Shown here one piece after another: positions 1 to 10,303 of a stretch of DNA of 64,000 bases. The DNA comes from an uncultured Clostridia bacterium (GTDB lineage: Bacteria; Bacillota; Clostridia; Christensenellales; UBA1242), in assembly GCA_944341445.1 (NCBI GenBank), contig CALVLZ010000006.1, positions 2,589 through 66,588 of the forward strand, in the 5' to 3' direction. A model generated the notes under the pieces. That model was not told the origin of the DNA, did not search any database, and was given only the letters and a program-made list of their open reading frames with translations. Within the stretch, counting starts at the first letter, position 1. Each line of letters opens with the position of its first letter. The position numbers were made by a program, and so were the translations under genes.

Positions 1-1296
1 TGTGTGAAAATATGCCAACATTTTGTTAACGTTTTGCATTGGGTTAAACTTATTTTTGCTTTCTTCAATTGCATATTGCAACAATTCATTTGAAATATTC
101 CAATCATTTAACCAAGTGGAATACATGTTTCTGTCTAACTTATTAACAAGCCTAATTATGCCAAGTTCGTTTAATATTTCTTTTATGTTTTCATCGTTTT
201 TAATAGTTGAGTTTATTTGATTTTCAATAGACTCAAAAGAAACTAAACCTAATTTATAAAATTGGTTAACTTTTGTGTTCATACCTTCAAGAGAACGTAT
301 ATTTGAAATGAAACAGAACCTTGCAATTTTAATTAATGTATCCTCCGAATAGCCAAAGCCAACCCAAGAATTAATATAAGTTTCAACAACAATTTCTAAA
401 TTGTCATATCTGATTCCTAAATTTCTGCAAACTTGTTTTGCTGTTTCAAAAAGTGTTTGTTCTTGTTGCAAATAATCTTCAATTTCTTTTATTGAAAATT
501 TGGATAACTCATAAAATTTATTTATTAAAGCGTTTAACTTGTTAATACCTGTTGTTGCGCCTTTGCATTTTTTAGCAAGAAACATTATTGTGTCTAAAGT
601 GAAGCCCAAAGTGTTTGTCCAAGAAATGAACATTTCATATTCATCAATTGTTGGCTTACGTTTGCTACCCATGGCTTTTAAAACATCTTTAACAGCACTA
701 TCTGCACATTGTTGTTCTTTTAATCTTTCTTCAATTTGTTCACAAGTTAAAATTCCTTCATAAGCCCAATTTTTTGCAATTGTTAAAATGTATGCTTGAG
801 AAATGTTTTTGCCTTTTAAGTTTGCGCAATATTGCATTATCATAAGCAAGGCGTCTGGTTCAATTTTTAAACTTTCAATAGTGTAATAATACTCATTAAA
901 CTCACTTGGAGTTAAAACCCTTCCGTTTAAAATTTCTTGTGCTTTAATGTTAAAGCTTTTGTATTTATCAACATTATATTTCTTTAAATGCAAACTGCCA
1001 TTTTTAACAGGCAAGTATCTAACTTCAATTGGGTTAGTGTTTAAAACTGTTACAAGCCCTAATTCTTGCCAGTACAAAAAAGAACTAACAATATCTTCTT
1101 CGCTTAACGAAATTGCACGAGAAAAGTTAGCAATATCATTATCTAAAGAATTTGTGTTATTGCATAAATAAAGGCCAAATAAGTAAACCTTAACACAGTT
1201 TTCCGGTGCGTTTGGCATGAATTCTTTAATAAAAGAATTTTCAAGCTTAACAAAATTTTCTTTTATGCTTTCTGTTGAAAATTGGCAAAATGACAT
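1..1296 (-). CDS. DnaD-domain replication initiation protein (3' end beyond window start)
   Basis: Not in the ORF track because it has no stop in the window. My translation from ATG at 1296 (RBS AAAGGA upstream): MSFCQFSTESIKENFVKLENSFIKEFMPNAPENCVKVYLFGLYLC...SFLYWQELGLV...YILTIAKNWAYEGILT. These match the clostridial DnaD N-terminal (N-x-FI-x-x-x-M-P-x-A...VKVYL) and C-terminal (YI-x-x-I-x-x-x-W-x-x-x-G) motifs. Open for 432 codons. Confidence 0.8.
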   Translation of the reverse strand, partial: MSFCQFSTESIKENFVKLENSFIKEFMPNAPENCVKVYLFGLYLCNNTNSLDNDIANFSRAISLSEEDIVSSFLYWQELGLVTVLNTNPIEVRYLPVKNGSLHLKKYNVDKYKSFNIKAQEILNGRVLTPSEFNEYYYTIESLKIEPDALLMIMQYCANLKGKNISQAYILTIAKNWAYEGILTCEQIEERLKEQQCADSAVKDVLKAMGSKRKPTIDEYEMFISWTNTLGFTLDTIMFLAKKCKGATTGINKLNALINKFYELSKFSIKEIEDYLQQEQTLFETAKQVCRNLGIRYDNLEIVVETYINSWVGFGYSEDTLIKIARFCFISNIRSLEGMNTKVNQFYKLGLVSFESIENQINSTIKNDENIKEILNELGIIRLVNKLDRNMYSTWLNDWNISNELLQYAIEESKNKFNPMQNVNKMLAYFHT

Positions 1297-1487
1297 TTTA
1301 TTAATCCTTTGTTATTTATAAATTTAAAATATTATATATTATTTTGCATTAAGAAACAAGTGTTAAATAAAATTAACAATTTTTATTAAAATTTATAAAA
1401 CTTTAACATATTTTAACTAATTTGTTATTCATTAAATTTTTTTTAATTTGTTTTATGTGATATACTTTGTTAAAAGGAAAGATAATT

Positions 1488-2687
1488 ATGAAGATATTAC
1501 ATACATCCGATTGGCATTTGGGAATGAAACTAAATGATATTGATAGATTGCCAGAATGTGAATACGCACTAGAATATTTAACAAAATTTGCTGAAAAAGA
1601 ACAAGTTGATATGGTTGTTATTGCGGGTGATATTTACGATTCTTTTATTCCTTCTAGTGATGCTGAAAATTTGTTTTTTGAAACTGTTAAAAAATTTTCC
1701 AGAAATGGTAAATGTGCAGTTGTTGTTATTTCAGGCAACCACGACGAACCCAAAAGATTAATGACTGCAAATGTTTTTGCAAAAGAGTTTAACATTTTTA
1801 TTGTTGGGGATATGAATCCTGTTAGTTTGCCAACAAAAAAATTTGAAAATATTAATGCAACAGAAAGCGGCAGTGGATATATAAAATTTAAAACTTCTAA
1901 AAATGAAAATGTTGTTGTTGCGTGTTTGCCGTATCCATCTTATTATAGATACAAAGAAATGAGAAAAGATGGAGTAACTTTTCAAGAAGACGTTAAAAAA
2001 TGGTTTACTCCCGCTCAGGAACAATTTAATAGTGACAGCATTAACATTGTTGTTTCTCACTTGTTCACATATCCGCACGAGCCAAGCGATGAGGACCGTG
2101 CAGAAGTTAATCAGATTTCAAGCGCATACCCTTTTGTTGATAGGCGTGTTTTTTCAGAGCACTCAACATACACAGCATTGGGGCATATTCATAAATACAT
2201 GCAAGTTAGTAAAAGAAGAAATGTGTATTATTGCGGAAGTTTAATCCATAAATATCCGCAGGAAACAAGCGATTCACCAAGTGCAATACTAGTTGAATTA
2301 GAACCTAGTTCAATTAAAAGTTTTAATCCAATTGTTATACCTAATTTAAAAACAATTGAAGAAATAGAAGTTAAAAACCTAGAAGATATTGAAGAAATTG
2401 CAAAAAATAAACCAAATTCTTATTTGCAGTTTTGCGTAACAAATTTTAGTTTATCGCAAATTTATTATGAAATAGAACTAAGAAAAAAATATAAAAACAT
2501 AACTGCAATAAAAATTAAAAGGCAAGCAAGAGTTAGCGGAGAAAGGGAAGTTTTTGTTAAGGGTAATTTAACAGATAAACAAATATTAGAAAAATTTGCT
2601 AAAACTGTTTACGGAGAAACTTTGAAGCCTAAAACTGTTAATTTGTTTTTGGAATTGATGGCGGAGGTGCAAAATGAAACCTTGTAA
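1488..2687 (+). CDS. sbcD: Exonuclease SbcCD nuclease subunit D (Mre11 family)
   Basis: Metallophosphoesterase motifs HTSDWHLG, AGDIYD, SGNHD, VSH, ALGHIH. Overlaps downstream sbcC. ATG 1488 after AAAGGA preferred over TTG 1467. Confidence 0.92.
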   Translation: MKILHTSDWHLGMKLNDIDRLPECEYALEYLTKFAEKEQVDMVVIAGDIYDSFIPSSDAENLFFETVKKFSRNGKCAVVVISGNHDEPKRLMTANVFAKEFNIFIVGDMNPVSLPTKKFENINATESGSGYIKFKTSKNENVVVACLPYPSYYRYKEMRKDGVTFQEDVKKWFTPAQEQFNSDSINIVVSHLFTYPHEPSDEDRAEVNQISSAYPFVDRRVFSEHSTYTALGHIHKYMQVSKRRNVYYCGSLIHKYPQETSDSPSAILVELEPSSIKSFNPIVIPNLKTIEEIEVKNLEDIEEIAKNKPNSYLQFCVTNFSLSQIYYEIELRKKYKNITAIKIKRQARVSGEREVFVKGNLTDKQILEKFAKTVYGETLKPKTVNLFLELMAEVQNETL

Positions 2688-5298
2688 TTTAGTTATTCAG
2701 GGAATAAATAGTTACGTTACTAAACAAACAATTAATTTTGAAGAGTTAAGCAAAACTAACATTTTTGGAATTTTTGGAGAAACAGGAAGCGGAAAAAGCA
2801 CAATTTTAGACTGCATTATATATGCTCTTTATGGTTCTTGTGATAGAGATAATAAATTAGAAACTTTTATGAACTTAAATAGCAATTTTGCTTTAGTTGA
2901 ATTTGAATTTGAATTTCAGAATCCAGCAACAAGAAAAATGAATAGGTATAAAGTTACAAGAACTTTAAAAAAGATGAAATCTGGAATTAAAACTTATGCT
3001 GAGTTAGTAAACGTTACCGAAAATATTGTTGTTGCAGAAGATTCCAACAAGGTTAATAGTTACATTTTGAACTTAATTAGAATTGGAAAAAAAGAATTTA
3101 AAAGATGTATTGCGTTGCCACAAGGAGAATTTGATGAGTTTTTACTATCAACTCCAAGTGAAAAGAAAGCAAGCATTGCAAAACTATTTGATGCAGAAAT
3201 TTACGGAAAAAAATTGTTAGAAGTTTGGAATAAAAGAAAACAAGAAATAGACGCAAATTTAAATTTAATTAATGCTAAGATTGTTGCAACAGATGTTGGT
3301 GATGTTAATAGTGTTGAAGAATTGCAAACAAAGTTAAAAGAATTAGTTAAAACTAAAAATGATAACATCGTTAAAATAAACAGAGTTGAAACACAATTAG
3401 CCATTTTGATGGAAGAATTTGACAATTATAATAAACTTGTTGACACAAACAAAAGTTTAAATGAATTAAAACTAAAAGAAAAAGATATGATTATATTGGA
3501 AGATAGAATTGTTAAATACGATAATTATTCCGACATTATTAATGTTTATAATTCATTATTAGAAGTTAACAAAAGTTTAGCAGAAGCAAAAGAAAAATAT
3601 TTAAAAAGTTTAGAAGTAAAAGAAAGTTTGCAAAAAAAGTTGATTAATGTTGAAGAAGAAATTGAAAGCATTAGTAAAAAAGAAATTGAAAGTTTGAAAT
3701 TAATAACAGCATTAGAAACAACTTTAAAAGGGAGTTCAGATTTTATTAAAAAAACAGATTTGTTAAAAACTGAATTGGATGAACTTAAAAATTCATATGC
3801 TGACATTAATGAAAGTTTAACAAGTTTGCAACAAAACTTAAAAGATAAATTAAGTGAACTTGATAATGCAGAAAATGTTAATTTAAATTGTGTGCAAATT
3901 TTCAATTATCAATTGGAAAGTGTTCAATCAAGTGTTTCAAGTTCTGTTAACTTAAAAATAAAAGAAGTTTTAGAATTGTTAAAAGACTTAACTGATGTTA
4001 ATGTTTTGTCTAAAGAAAGTTGCAATATTTTAAATAAAGCAAAAAACATATTAATTAGTATATTAAATGAAAAAAATAATGAATTAGATTTTAAAAACGT
4101 TGTATTGGCGTTTGAAAATTTAGAAAAATCAAACAACACATTAAACAATTTAAAAGCAGAAATTTTTAATTTAAAAACATTGGTTGCAGATAAAACAAAA
4201 GAGCAAGTGTTGTTATTTGATAAAATAAAAAATATGCTAACAGAGTTTAATGAATTAAACCTAAAAGTTAAAGAAAACGAAAATAATGTTACAGAGTTAA
4301 ACAAATTAAAAATTGAAAAAGAAAAAATTGACAAACAGAAATTTGAGTTAATAAATTTAAAAAATGAAATTAATTTTAAGTTAAACACTTTGAATAATGA
4401 AATTTTGTTATTAAATTCAGAAATGATAAAGCTGGAGGAGTTATCAAAAAGCAAAAACAAAGATTTAGAAAAATTTGCAGTTCCAACTAATAATATTAGC
4501 TTGTTATCTGAAGAATTAAATAACTTCAACAAAGAACAAAATTTGCAAATTGTTGAAAATTACAAAAAACAAATATTGCTTTTAGAAAAACAACAAGAAG
4601 AGTTATCTTCTTTAAATTTAAGAGAAATAGCAAAAGAAGATTTGGATAAAGTTCAAAAATTAAATTTAGAATTAAAATCTCAAAACGAAATAATAATAAA
4701 AAATATAGGCAAGTTAGAAAACGAGCTTGAAAATATTTCCGAAAAGCAATCAATTTTAAATAAGTATTTAAAAGAAAAACAAATTATAACAGAAAAATTA
4801 AACACTTATAATGATTTAAATAAATATATTTGTAGAAACCAATTAAGCGATTTTGTTGCAGAAGAATATTTGCAAATTGTAACAGATATCGCAAATGTTT
4901 ATATAGATGAATTGTCTGACGGTAAATATGAAATTGTTTATAGCAATGGTGAGTTTAACATAATTGATAACTTTAATGCTGGATTAATGAGAGGCGTTAA
5001 AAGTTTAAGTGGTGGAGAACGCTTTATTGTGTCTTTGTGCTTATCTCTTGGAATATCTAGAGCTCTTTCAAAAAATGTTAGCAGGGCGTTCAACTTTTTG
5101 TTTATTGATGAAGGCTTTGGAAGTTTAAGTGAAAAATATTTATCTAGTGTTTTAGATTGTTTTGATTCTTTAATTAGAATGAACTTCACAATTGGAATAA
5201 TCACTCACGTTGATAAACTAAAAGATTATGTTATAAATAAAATTGAAGTAGAAAAGGTTAGCAGTGAACAAGGGTCAGTTGTGACTATTGGTTATTAA
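2674..5298 (+). CDS. sbcC: Exonuclease SbcCD ATPase subunit C (Rad50/SMC family)
   Basis: Walker A GETGSGKST, Q-loop LPQGEF, long coiled coil, signature LSGGE, Walker B FIDEGFGSL, H-loop ITH. Coupled to sbcD. Confidence 0.92.
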   Translation: MKPCNLVIQGINSYVTKQTINFEELSKTNIFGIFGETGSGKSTILDCIIYALYGSCDRDNKLETFMNLNSNFALVEFEFEFQNPATRKMNRYKVTRTLKKMKSGIKTYAELVNVTENIVVAEDSNKVNSYILNLIRIGKKEFKRCIALPQGEFDEFLLSTPSEKKASIAKLFDAEIYGKKLLEVWNKRKQEIDANLNLINAKIVATDVGDVNSVEELQTKLKELVKTKNDNIVKINRVETQLAILMEEFDNYNKLVDTNKSLNELKLKEKDMIILEDRIVKYDNYSDIINVYNSLLEVNKSLAEAKEKYLKSLEVKESLQKKLINVEEEIESISKKEIESLKLITALETTLKGSSDFIKKTDLLKTELDELKNSYADINESLTSLQQNLKDKLSELDNAENVNLNCVQIFNYQLESVQSSVSSSVNLKIKEVLELLKDLTDVNVLSKESCNILNKAKNILISILNEKNNELDFKNVVLAFENLEKSNNTLNNLKAEIFNLKTLVADKTKEQVLLFDKIKNMLTEFNELNLKVKENENNVTELNKLKIEKEKIDKQKFELINLKNEINFKLNTLNNEILLLNSEMIKLEELSKSKNKDLEKFAVPTNNISLLSEELNNFNKEQNLQIVENYKKQILLLEKQQEELSSLNLREIAKEDLDKVQKLNLELKSQNEIIIKNIGKLENELENISEKQSILNKYLKEKQIITEKLNTYNDLNKYICRNQLSDFVAEEYLQIVTDIANVYIDELSDGKYEIVYSNGEFNIIDNFNAGLMRGVKSLSGGERFIVSLCLSLGISRALSKNVSRAFNFLFIDEGFGSLSEKYLSSVLDCFDSLIRMNFTIGIITHVDKLKDYVINKIEVEKVSSEQGSVVTIGY

Positions 5299-5331
5299 TT
5301 AAAAATTTAATAACAAAATATAAAAATAAAT

Positions 5332-5369
5332 AAAACCGCAAAGTTATAAATTTATGTTTGCGGTTTTTT
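5332..5369 (+). terminator. Rho-independent terminator after sbcC
   Basis: Stem AAAACCGCAAA / TTTGCGGTTTT followed by a T-rich tail. Confidence 0.75.
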
Positions 5370-5437
5370 ATTTTGCAATTAACAAAAAAACAATGTTTTA
5401 AATTAAAAAAAATAAAAAAATATGATATATTAAAACT

Positions 5438-6729
5438 ATGAATAAAATAAAAAATGTTTACAATAAAAATTACATAATCTTTTTATGTTTGGGTTATTTG
5501 CCAATAGTTTGGAAAGTTTGCCAAACAGCATTTTTATCAACTTTTGAAAATGCACTAAAAATAATGGGACAAGTGGCATTGCTTTCTATAATTTTTAAAT
5601 GCTTGCAAGAAACTCTTATTAACCCTTTGTTTAAAATATTAGGTCAGAATGATAACGCTGAAGAAGAACGTTTGGTTTTTGTTAGAAAGTTTTTTTAACG
5701 TTTGCTTGCATTGTTTGTGTTTTCACAACAGTTGTTTTCTTTTTGTTGCAACCAATTATGAAAATTTCACATGTTCCAAATGAAATTTTTGATAATACGT
5801 TAGTGTTCTTAAAAATTATGGCTTTTACACAAGGTTTGCAAATTCTTGTTCAATATTTGTTTACATTTCATTCAATAAGCAAAAACACTAAACAACTTTT
5901 TTATTATTTACTTATTAATTGTTTAGTAAACCTTGTTTTGCTTATTGCGTTAGTTCCAAAATTTACTTTGGGGTTGGGTGCTAATGGTGTTGCAATAGCA
6001 ACTTTAATTGTTAATGTTGGTTTGCTAATTTATTTATTTTTAACACTTCCAAAAGTTAAAGCAAATAAAACATTAAAATTCAACATAAAGAAATATAGCA
6101 CATTAACAGTTTTTTCATTTTTGGAAACGATTGTTAAAAATGCTGTGTATTATTTTGTTATATTAGTGTTTTTAAATATAGTTAACAATCAAGACGTTTA
6201 TTATGTTGTTAACGATTTTATTTGGTCTTTTATGCTTGTTCCTGTTTTATCGCAAAACAATTGCATAAAACAAGAAGTTTCAATTAATAACAAAATCAGT
6301 TTAAAACCCTACTTTTTGAACAATATAATAATTTTATTGTATATGGTTGTGCTTATACCAATTGCATATGTTTTGTTTAATTATGTTTATTGCTTGGAAA
6401 ATGCAATGCTTTATTTTACAACTCTTTTGCAAATGTTGCCTTGCTACTTTGTTTTTGTTTTTGATAATGTTATAGAAAGTTATTTTATTGCTTCTGGCAA
6501 ATTGCATCACGTGTTTATGCAAACTTTTTTAACTAATATATGTGTGTATGTTACAGCTTATATTTTATATGTAGTTGGGGTTTGGCAAATAACATTATCT
6601 TCTATTATTGCATTGTTTAGTGCGGGAATGATTGTTTCAAGTTTATACACAATAATTGTGTTTTTGTGCTTGAAAAAAATAGAAAAGAATAACCAAAATA
6701 AACGTGAAAATTTAGCAACAGATTGTTAA
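5438..6729 (+). pseudogene. MATE-like membrane transporter interrupted by a frameshift in a T7 tract
   Basis: ORFs 5438-5698 and 5743-6729 fuse into one multi-TM protein if one T is added to the T7 run at 5690-5696 (...RKFFLTFACIVCVFTTVVFFLLQPIM...). MATE-like motif LGLGANGVAIATLI. Confidence 0.7.
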
Positions 6730-6768
6730 TTTAATAAATAAAATTTGTAAAATTTAAAAATGTTGATA

Positions 6769-6797
6769 TTCACAAATTAAATTTTCTATGATACAAT
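6769..6797 (+). promoter_or_regulatory. sigma-A-type promoter
   Basis: TTCACA-17 bp-TACAAT with extended -10 TG. Confidence 0.5.
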
Positions 6798-6820
6798 CTT
6801 ATTAAAGAGAGAGTGAAATT

Positions 6821-7735
6821 ATGGTTTTTAGTCAATTAGAATTAGAAGAAACTAAAAAGATAAGAAAATATATAAATCATTTAGAAAAAAATGATATTTT
6901 TCCTGATACCGAGGGCGCTGAAAAATTTGTTTACATTAAAAGTGGTTTCGTTTTTCTAAAATATAAAAAAACGCCAGCTATTAAGAATAGTAGTTATGAA
7001 TTTAGAAAAAGAAAACACGTTAATGATGATTTAATTAAATTGGGTGTAAACACTCCTAAAATAAGAATGGCATATGTTGATAAAAAAGAAAATCAAGTTG
7101 AAGTTCAATTAGAAGCACCCGGCCGTGTTTTGTATTATAGAAATGAAAAAAATGCGATTAGGTTTGCATATTCTCACAAATACAGAAATTGTGTTAAGAA
7201 ATGTGAGTTAAAAGATTTATCAACCTATTTAAAGAAAAAGGTTGGAGAGTTTGTTGCTGATTATTGCATCGATATGCAAAAACAATTAAAAAATGCAACT
7301 AAAGGTCAATTTGTTAAATTTTTAAGAGACTACAAAACAATTTCTAATTACGGAATTAATATTGATTATCACGGAGAAAACATTTTATATAGCGATGAAA
7401 AAGGTTTTTACTTTATTGATATTGATGAAAACATAAGAGAAAGTAGAAAACAAGATGGAGATGCCTTGCTTGTTAATGAAATAATTAATATGATTGGTGG
7501 CTTTTTATCTTTTAAAGAAATAATGCCAGAAAAGAAAGTTGAAATAATAAAAAAGAATAACTACACAATTTTTAAAATGTTGTTTGATGCATTAAAAACA
7601 ACAAACTATAAAATAACAGATGGTGAGTTTGAAAGATTAAAACAGGAAGTTGTGGCTGCGTGTGGTTATAGTCAAAGAGATGTCTTATTAAGGGAATTGG
7701 AAATTAACAGAGATTTTAAAAACAAAATGAGATAA
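6821..7735 (+). CDS. Hypothetical protein with protein-kinase-like (APH/RIO/Kdo-type) motifs
   Basis: FVFLK (beta3 Lys-like), LGVNTPKI, catalytic-loop-like IDYHGENIL, and Mg-binding-like FYFIDID. Confidence 0.55.
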   Translation: MVFSQLELEETKKIRKYINHLEKNDIFPDTEGAEKFVYIKSGFVFLKYKKTPAIKNSSYEFRKRKHVNDDLIKLGVNTPKIRMAYVDKKENQVEVQLEAPGRVLYYRNEKNAIRFAYSHKYRNCVKKCELKDLSTYLKKKVGEFVADYCIDMQKQLKNATKGQFVKFLRDYKTISNYGINIDYHGENILYSDEKGFYFIDIDENIRESRKQDGDALLVNEIINMIGGFLSFKEIMPEKKVEIIKKNNYTIFKMLFDALKTTNYKITDGEFERLKQEVVAACGYSQRDVLLRELEINRDFKNKMR

Positions 7736-7741
7736 ATTTTT

Positions 7742-7777
7742 AAAAAGCGTGTGCGATTTATGCATATGCTTTTTTTT
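7742..7777 (+). terminator. Rho-independent terminator
   Basis: AAAAAGCGTGTGC / GCATATGCTTTTT stem (with G-U pairs) and T tract. Confidence 0.65.
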
Positions 7778-7815
7778 ATAATCATAAAATACAAAAACGA
7801 TAAAAAGGAGATTGT

Positions 7816-9294
7816 ATGAAAAAAACATTAGCAATTTTGTTTATGTGTGTTTTATGTTTGGTTGGTTGCGGTAAATCAAATTCTATTGAAAATGTTAGTG
7901 CAAACTTAAATACATACACTTTAGAAATCGATTACAATAAAGACCATACTTTAAACGTAAAGCAAACTGTTAACTATAAAAACACAACAGGACAAAGTTT
8001 GGAAAATATTAAATTTTGTTTGTATCCAACTGCTTTTAAAGATGGTGCAAAAAATGCACCTGTTAGCCCAACAAATATTAACAAGGCATATCCTAACGGT
8101 TTAAGTTATGGCGGAATACAAATCAACAAATTAAATGTTGCTGGAAAGGAAGTTACTCCTGCTTATGAGGGAGATGATGACTATGTTCTAGTTGTAAAAT
8201 TTGATGAAAGTTTAAAAAATAATAATTCTGCAACTATCGAAATGGAATATGTTGTAACATTGCCAAATGTCAATCATCGTTTTGGTTATGGCAATAACAC
8301 AATAAATATTGCCAATTTCTACCCAATAATTGGTATGTGGGAAAATGGTGAATTCGTTTGCACTCCTTATAACTACAACGGTGACCCTTTCTATTCTGAT
8401 GTTGCAAACTACAATGTAACAATTAATGCACCAAAAGAATATAAGATTGCAACAACAGGTAAAATTGTTTCTCAAAATGAAAATAATGATTTAATTAATT
8501 ATCAAATAAATGCAAAAGCAGTTAGAGATTTTGCTTTTGTGTTAAGCGATAAATTTGAAGTTTTAACTGAAGATGTTAATGGTGTTCAAATAAGCTACTT
8601 CTATTATGATGACGAAGACCCAAATAAAAGTTTTGACACAGCAAAAAAAGCTGTAACATTATTTAGTGATATGTTTGGAAAATATCCATATGAAACATTT
8701 AATGTTGTTCAAACAAACTTTGTTCACGGAGGAATGGAATTTCCAAATTTAGTTTACATAAGTGATGAAGTTGATAATCATAACGATTATTTAAATGTTA
8801 TAATTCACGAAACAGCACATCAATGGTGGTATGGTTTGGTTGGAAGCAATGCATACAACTATGGTTGGTTAGATGAAGGTTTAACAGAATTTTCAACTTT
8901 AATGTTTTATGAAGAATATTCAGATTATGGAATTAACACAGATGATATGATAAAAAACACAACAAATAGTTATGTTACTTTTGTTGATTTAATGGAAGAT
9001 GTTGTTGGAAAAGCAGACACAACAATGAATAGAAATTTAAGCGAATACGACACTGAAAGTGAATATGTTTATATGTCATATATTAAAGGAATGTTATTTT
9101 ACAACAATTTAAGAGAAATTGTTGGGGAAGATAAATTTGTTGAATCTTTAAAACAATATGTTAAAGATTATTCTTTTAAAGTTGCAACCCCAGAAGATAT
9201 GATTAAATCTTTTGAAAAGGTTTGCAAAATGGAATTAGAAAATTTATTAAATTCTTGGATTAATGGTAATGTTGTTATTAAAAATGTGGCATAA
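7816..9294 (+). CDS. M1 family zinc aminopeptidase, lipoprotein
   Basis: Lipobox LVGC; GGMEFP exopeptidase motif; HETAHQWW...WLDEG (HExxH-x18-E); YIKG catalytic Tyr region. Confidence 0.88.
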   Translation: MKKTLAILFMCVLCLVGCGKSNSIENVSANLNTYTLEIDYNKDHTLNVKQTVNYKNTTGQSLENIKFCLYPTAFKDGAKNAPVSPTNINKAYPNGLSYGGIQINKLNVAGKEVTPAYEGDDDYVLVVKFDESLKNNNSATIEMEYVVTLPNVNHRFGYGNNTINIANFYPIIGMWENGEFVCTPYNYNGDPFYSDVANYNVTINAPKEYKIATTGKIVSQNENNDLINYQINAKAVRDFAFVLSDKFEVLTEDVNGVQISYFYYDDEDPNKSFDTAKKAVTLFSDMFGKYPYETFNVVQTNFVHGGMEFPNLVYISDEVDNHNDYLNVIIHETAHQWWYGLVGSNAYNYGWLDEGLTEFSTLMFYEEYSDYGINTDDMIKNTTNSYVTFVDLMEDVVGKADTTMNRNLSEYDTESEYVYMSYIKGMLFYNNLREIVGEDKFVESLKQYVKDYSFKVATPEDMIKSFEKVCKMELENLLNSWINGNVVIKNVA

Positions 9295-9359
9295 ATTATA
9301 TTTGAAAATTTAGCAAAAAGTGCTAAAATATATTATACGAAAATTTACAAAGGATAATT

Positions 9360-10163
9360 ATGAAAGTAGTAACATTAGCAAGTTCATCTAAAGGCAATTG
9401 TATTTTAGTGTTTAATGAAAACACTAAAATTTTAATAGACGCAGGAATTAAACTTGCAGAAATTAATGCAAAACTTAAAGCCTTAAACATTGAACCAGGA
9501 GAAATTAATGCAATATTGGTAACTCACGAACACAGCGACCACGTTAAATCTGTTGGTGCAATGTGCAGAAAATTTGGCACAAGAGTTTATGTGTTTAACG
9601 AAGCAAAACAAGAAATTGTTAAAACTTTTGGAAATGTTGATGAGTTTAAAATTGTTGAAACTTTTTTAGTTCCGTTTCAAATTGGCGAATTTATAATAAA
9701 GCCATTCAAAGTTCCACACGATTCTAAATGTTGTGTTGGTTATTCTATTTCAGAAAATGATAAGAAAATATCAATTGCAACAGATATTGGATTTGTTTCT
9801 GGTGAAATATTATCTGAATTAAAGGGCAGTTTGTTGGTTGTTTTGGAAAGTAATCACGATGAACAAATGTTAATTGATAATCCTAACTATCCGGCAATTT
9901 TAAAAAACAGAATTTTAAGTAATCACGGGCATTTAAGCAATATTAATTGTGCAAAAGCAATCGAATATTTGTGTGGTTTTGGTTTAAAGCAAGTTGTTTG
10001 TGCGCATTTAAGTGAAGAAAATAACACACCATCTCTTTGCTTTAACACAATAAAAAAATATTTGTTTAATAAAAATATTATTGTTGGTGAAAATGTCAAA
10101 GTGGATATTGCAAGCCCAAACAAAATTGGAACTATTTTTAATATTGTTTCATCAATTAACTAA
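9360..10163 (+). CDS. walJ: MBL-fold metallohydrolase, YycJ/WalJ type
   Basis: LASSSKGN, IDAG, THEHSDH, PHDS, ATD, ESNHD, GHLSN and AHLSEENN, all typical of YycJ/WalJ. Confidence 0.8.
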   Translation: MKVVTLASSSKGNCILVFNENTKILIDAGIKLAEINAKLKALNIEPGEINAILVTHEHSDHVKSVGAMCRKFGTRVYVFNEAKQEIVKTFGNVDEFKIVETFLVPFQIGEFIIKPFKVPHDSKCCVGYSISENDKKISIATDIGFVSGEILSELKGSLLVVLESNHDEQMLIDNPNYPAILKNRILSNHGHLSNINCAKAIEYLCGFGLKQVVCAHLSEENNTPSLCFNTIKKYLFNKNIIVGENVKVDIASPNKIGTIFNIVSSIN

Positions 10164-10166
10164 TTT

Positions 10167-10196
10167 AAAAGTGCAAGAGCTTTCTTGCACTTTTTT
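10167..10196 (+). terminator. Rho-independent terminator
   Basis: AAAAGTGCAAGA-gctt-TCTTGCACTTTT plus Ts. Confidence 0.8.
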
Positions 10197-10237
10197 AAAA
10201 AATAAAAATAAACAAAATTGTGAAATATTTTTTTCGT

Positions 10238-10266
10238 TTGCATTAAGTTTATATTATATATATAAT
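10238..10266 (+). promoter_or_regulatory. sigma-A-type promoter for the CPBP-to-mfd operon
   Basis: TTGCAT-17 bp-TATAAT. Confidence 0.5.
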
Positions 10267-10303
10267 TATATAAATATAATTTGGCAATAATAGGAAAATT
10301 CAA

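Noticed and set aside
23-1171. Short + strand ORFs (23-220, 539-763, 947-1171)
   Set aside because: Antisense shadows of the long minus-strand DnaD-domain gene.
1353-1366. Possible LexA box (AAAC-AAGT-GTTA) between dnaD-like and sbcD
   Set aside because: Two core mismatches in very AT-rich DNA; too weak to call.
9310-9326. TTAGCA-AAAAG-TGCTAA inverted repeat resembling CIRCE
   Set aside because: CIRCE needs TTAGCACTC-N9-GAGTGCTAA; arm length and spacing do not fit and the downstream gene is not a chaperone. It overlaps a plausible promoter, so an unrelated operator is not excluded.
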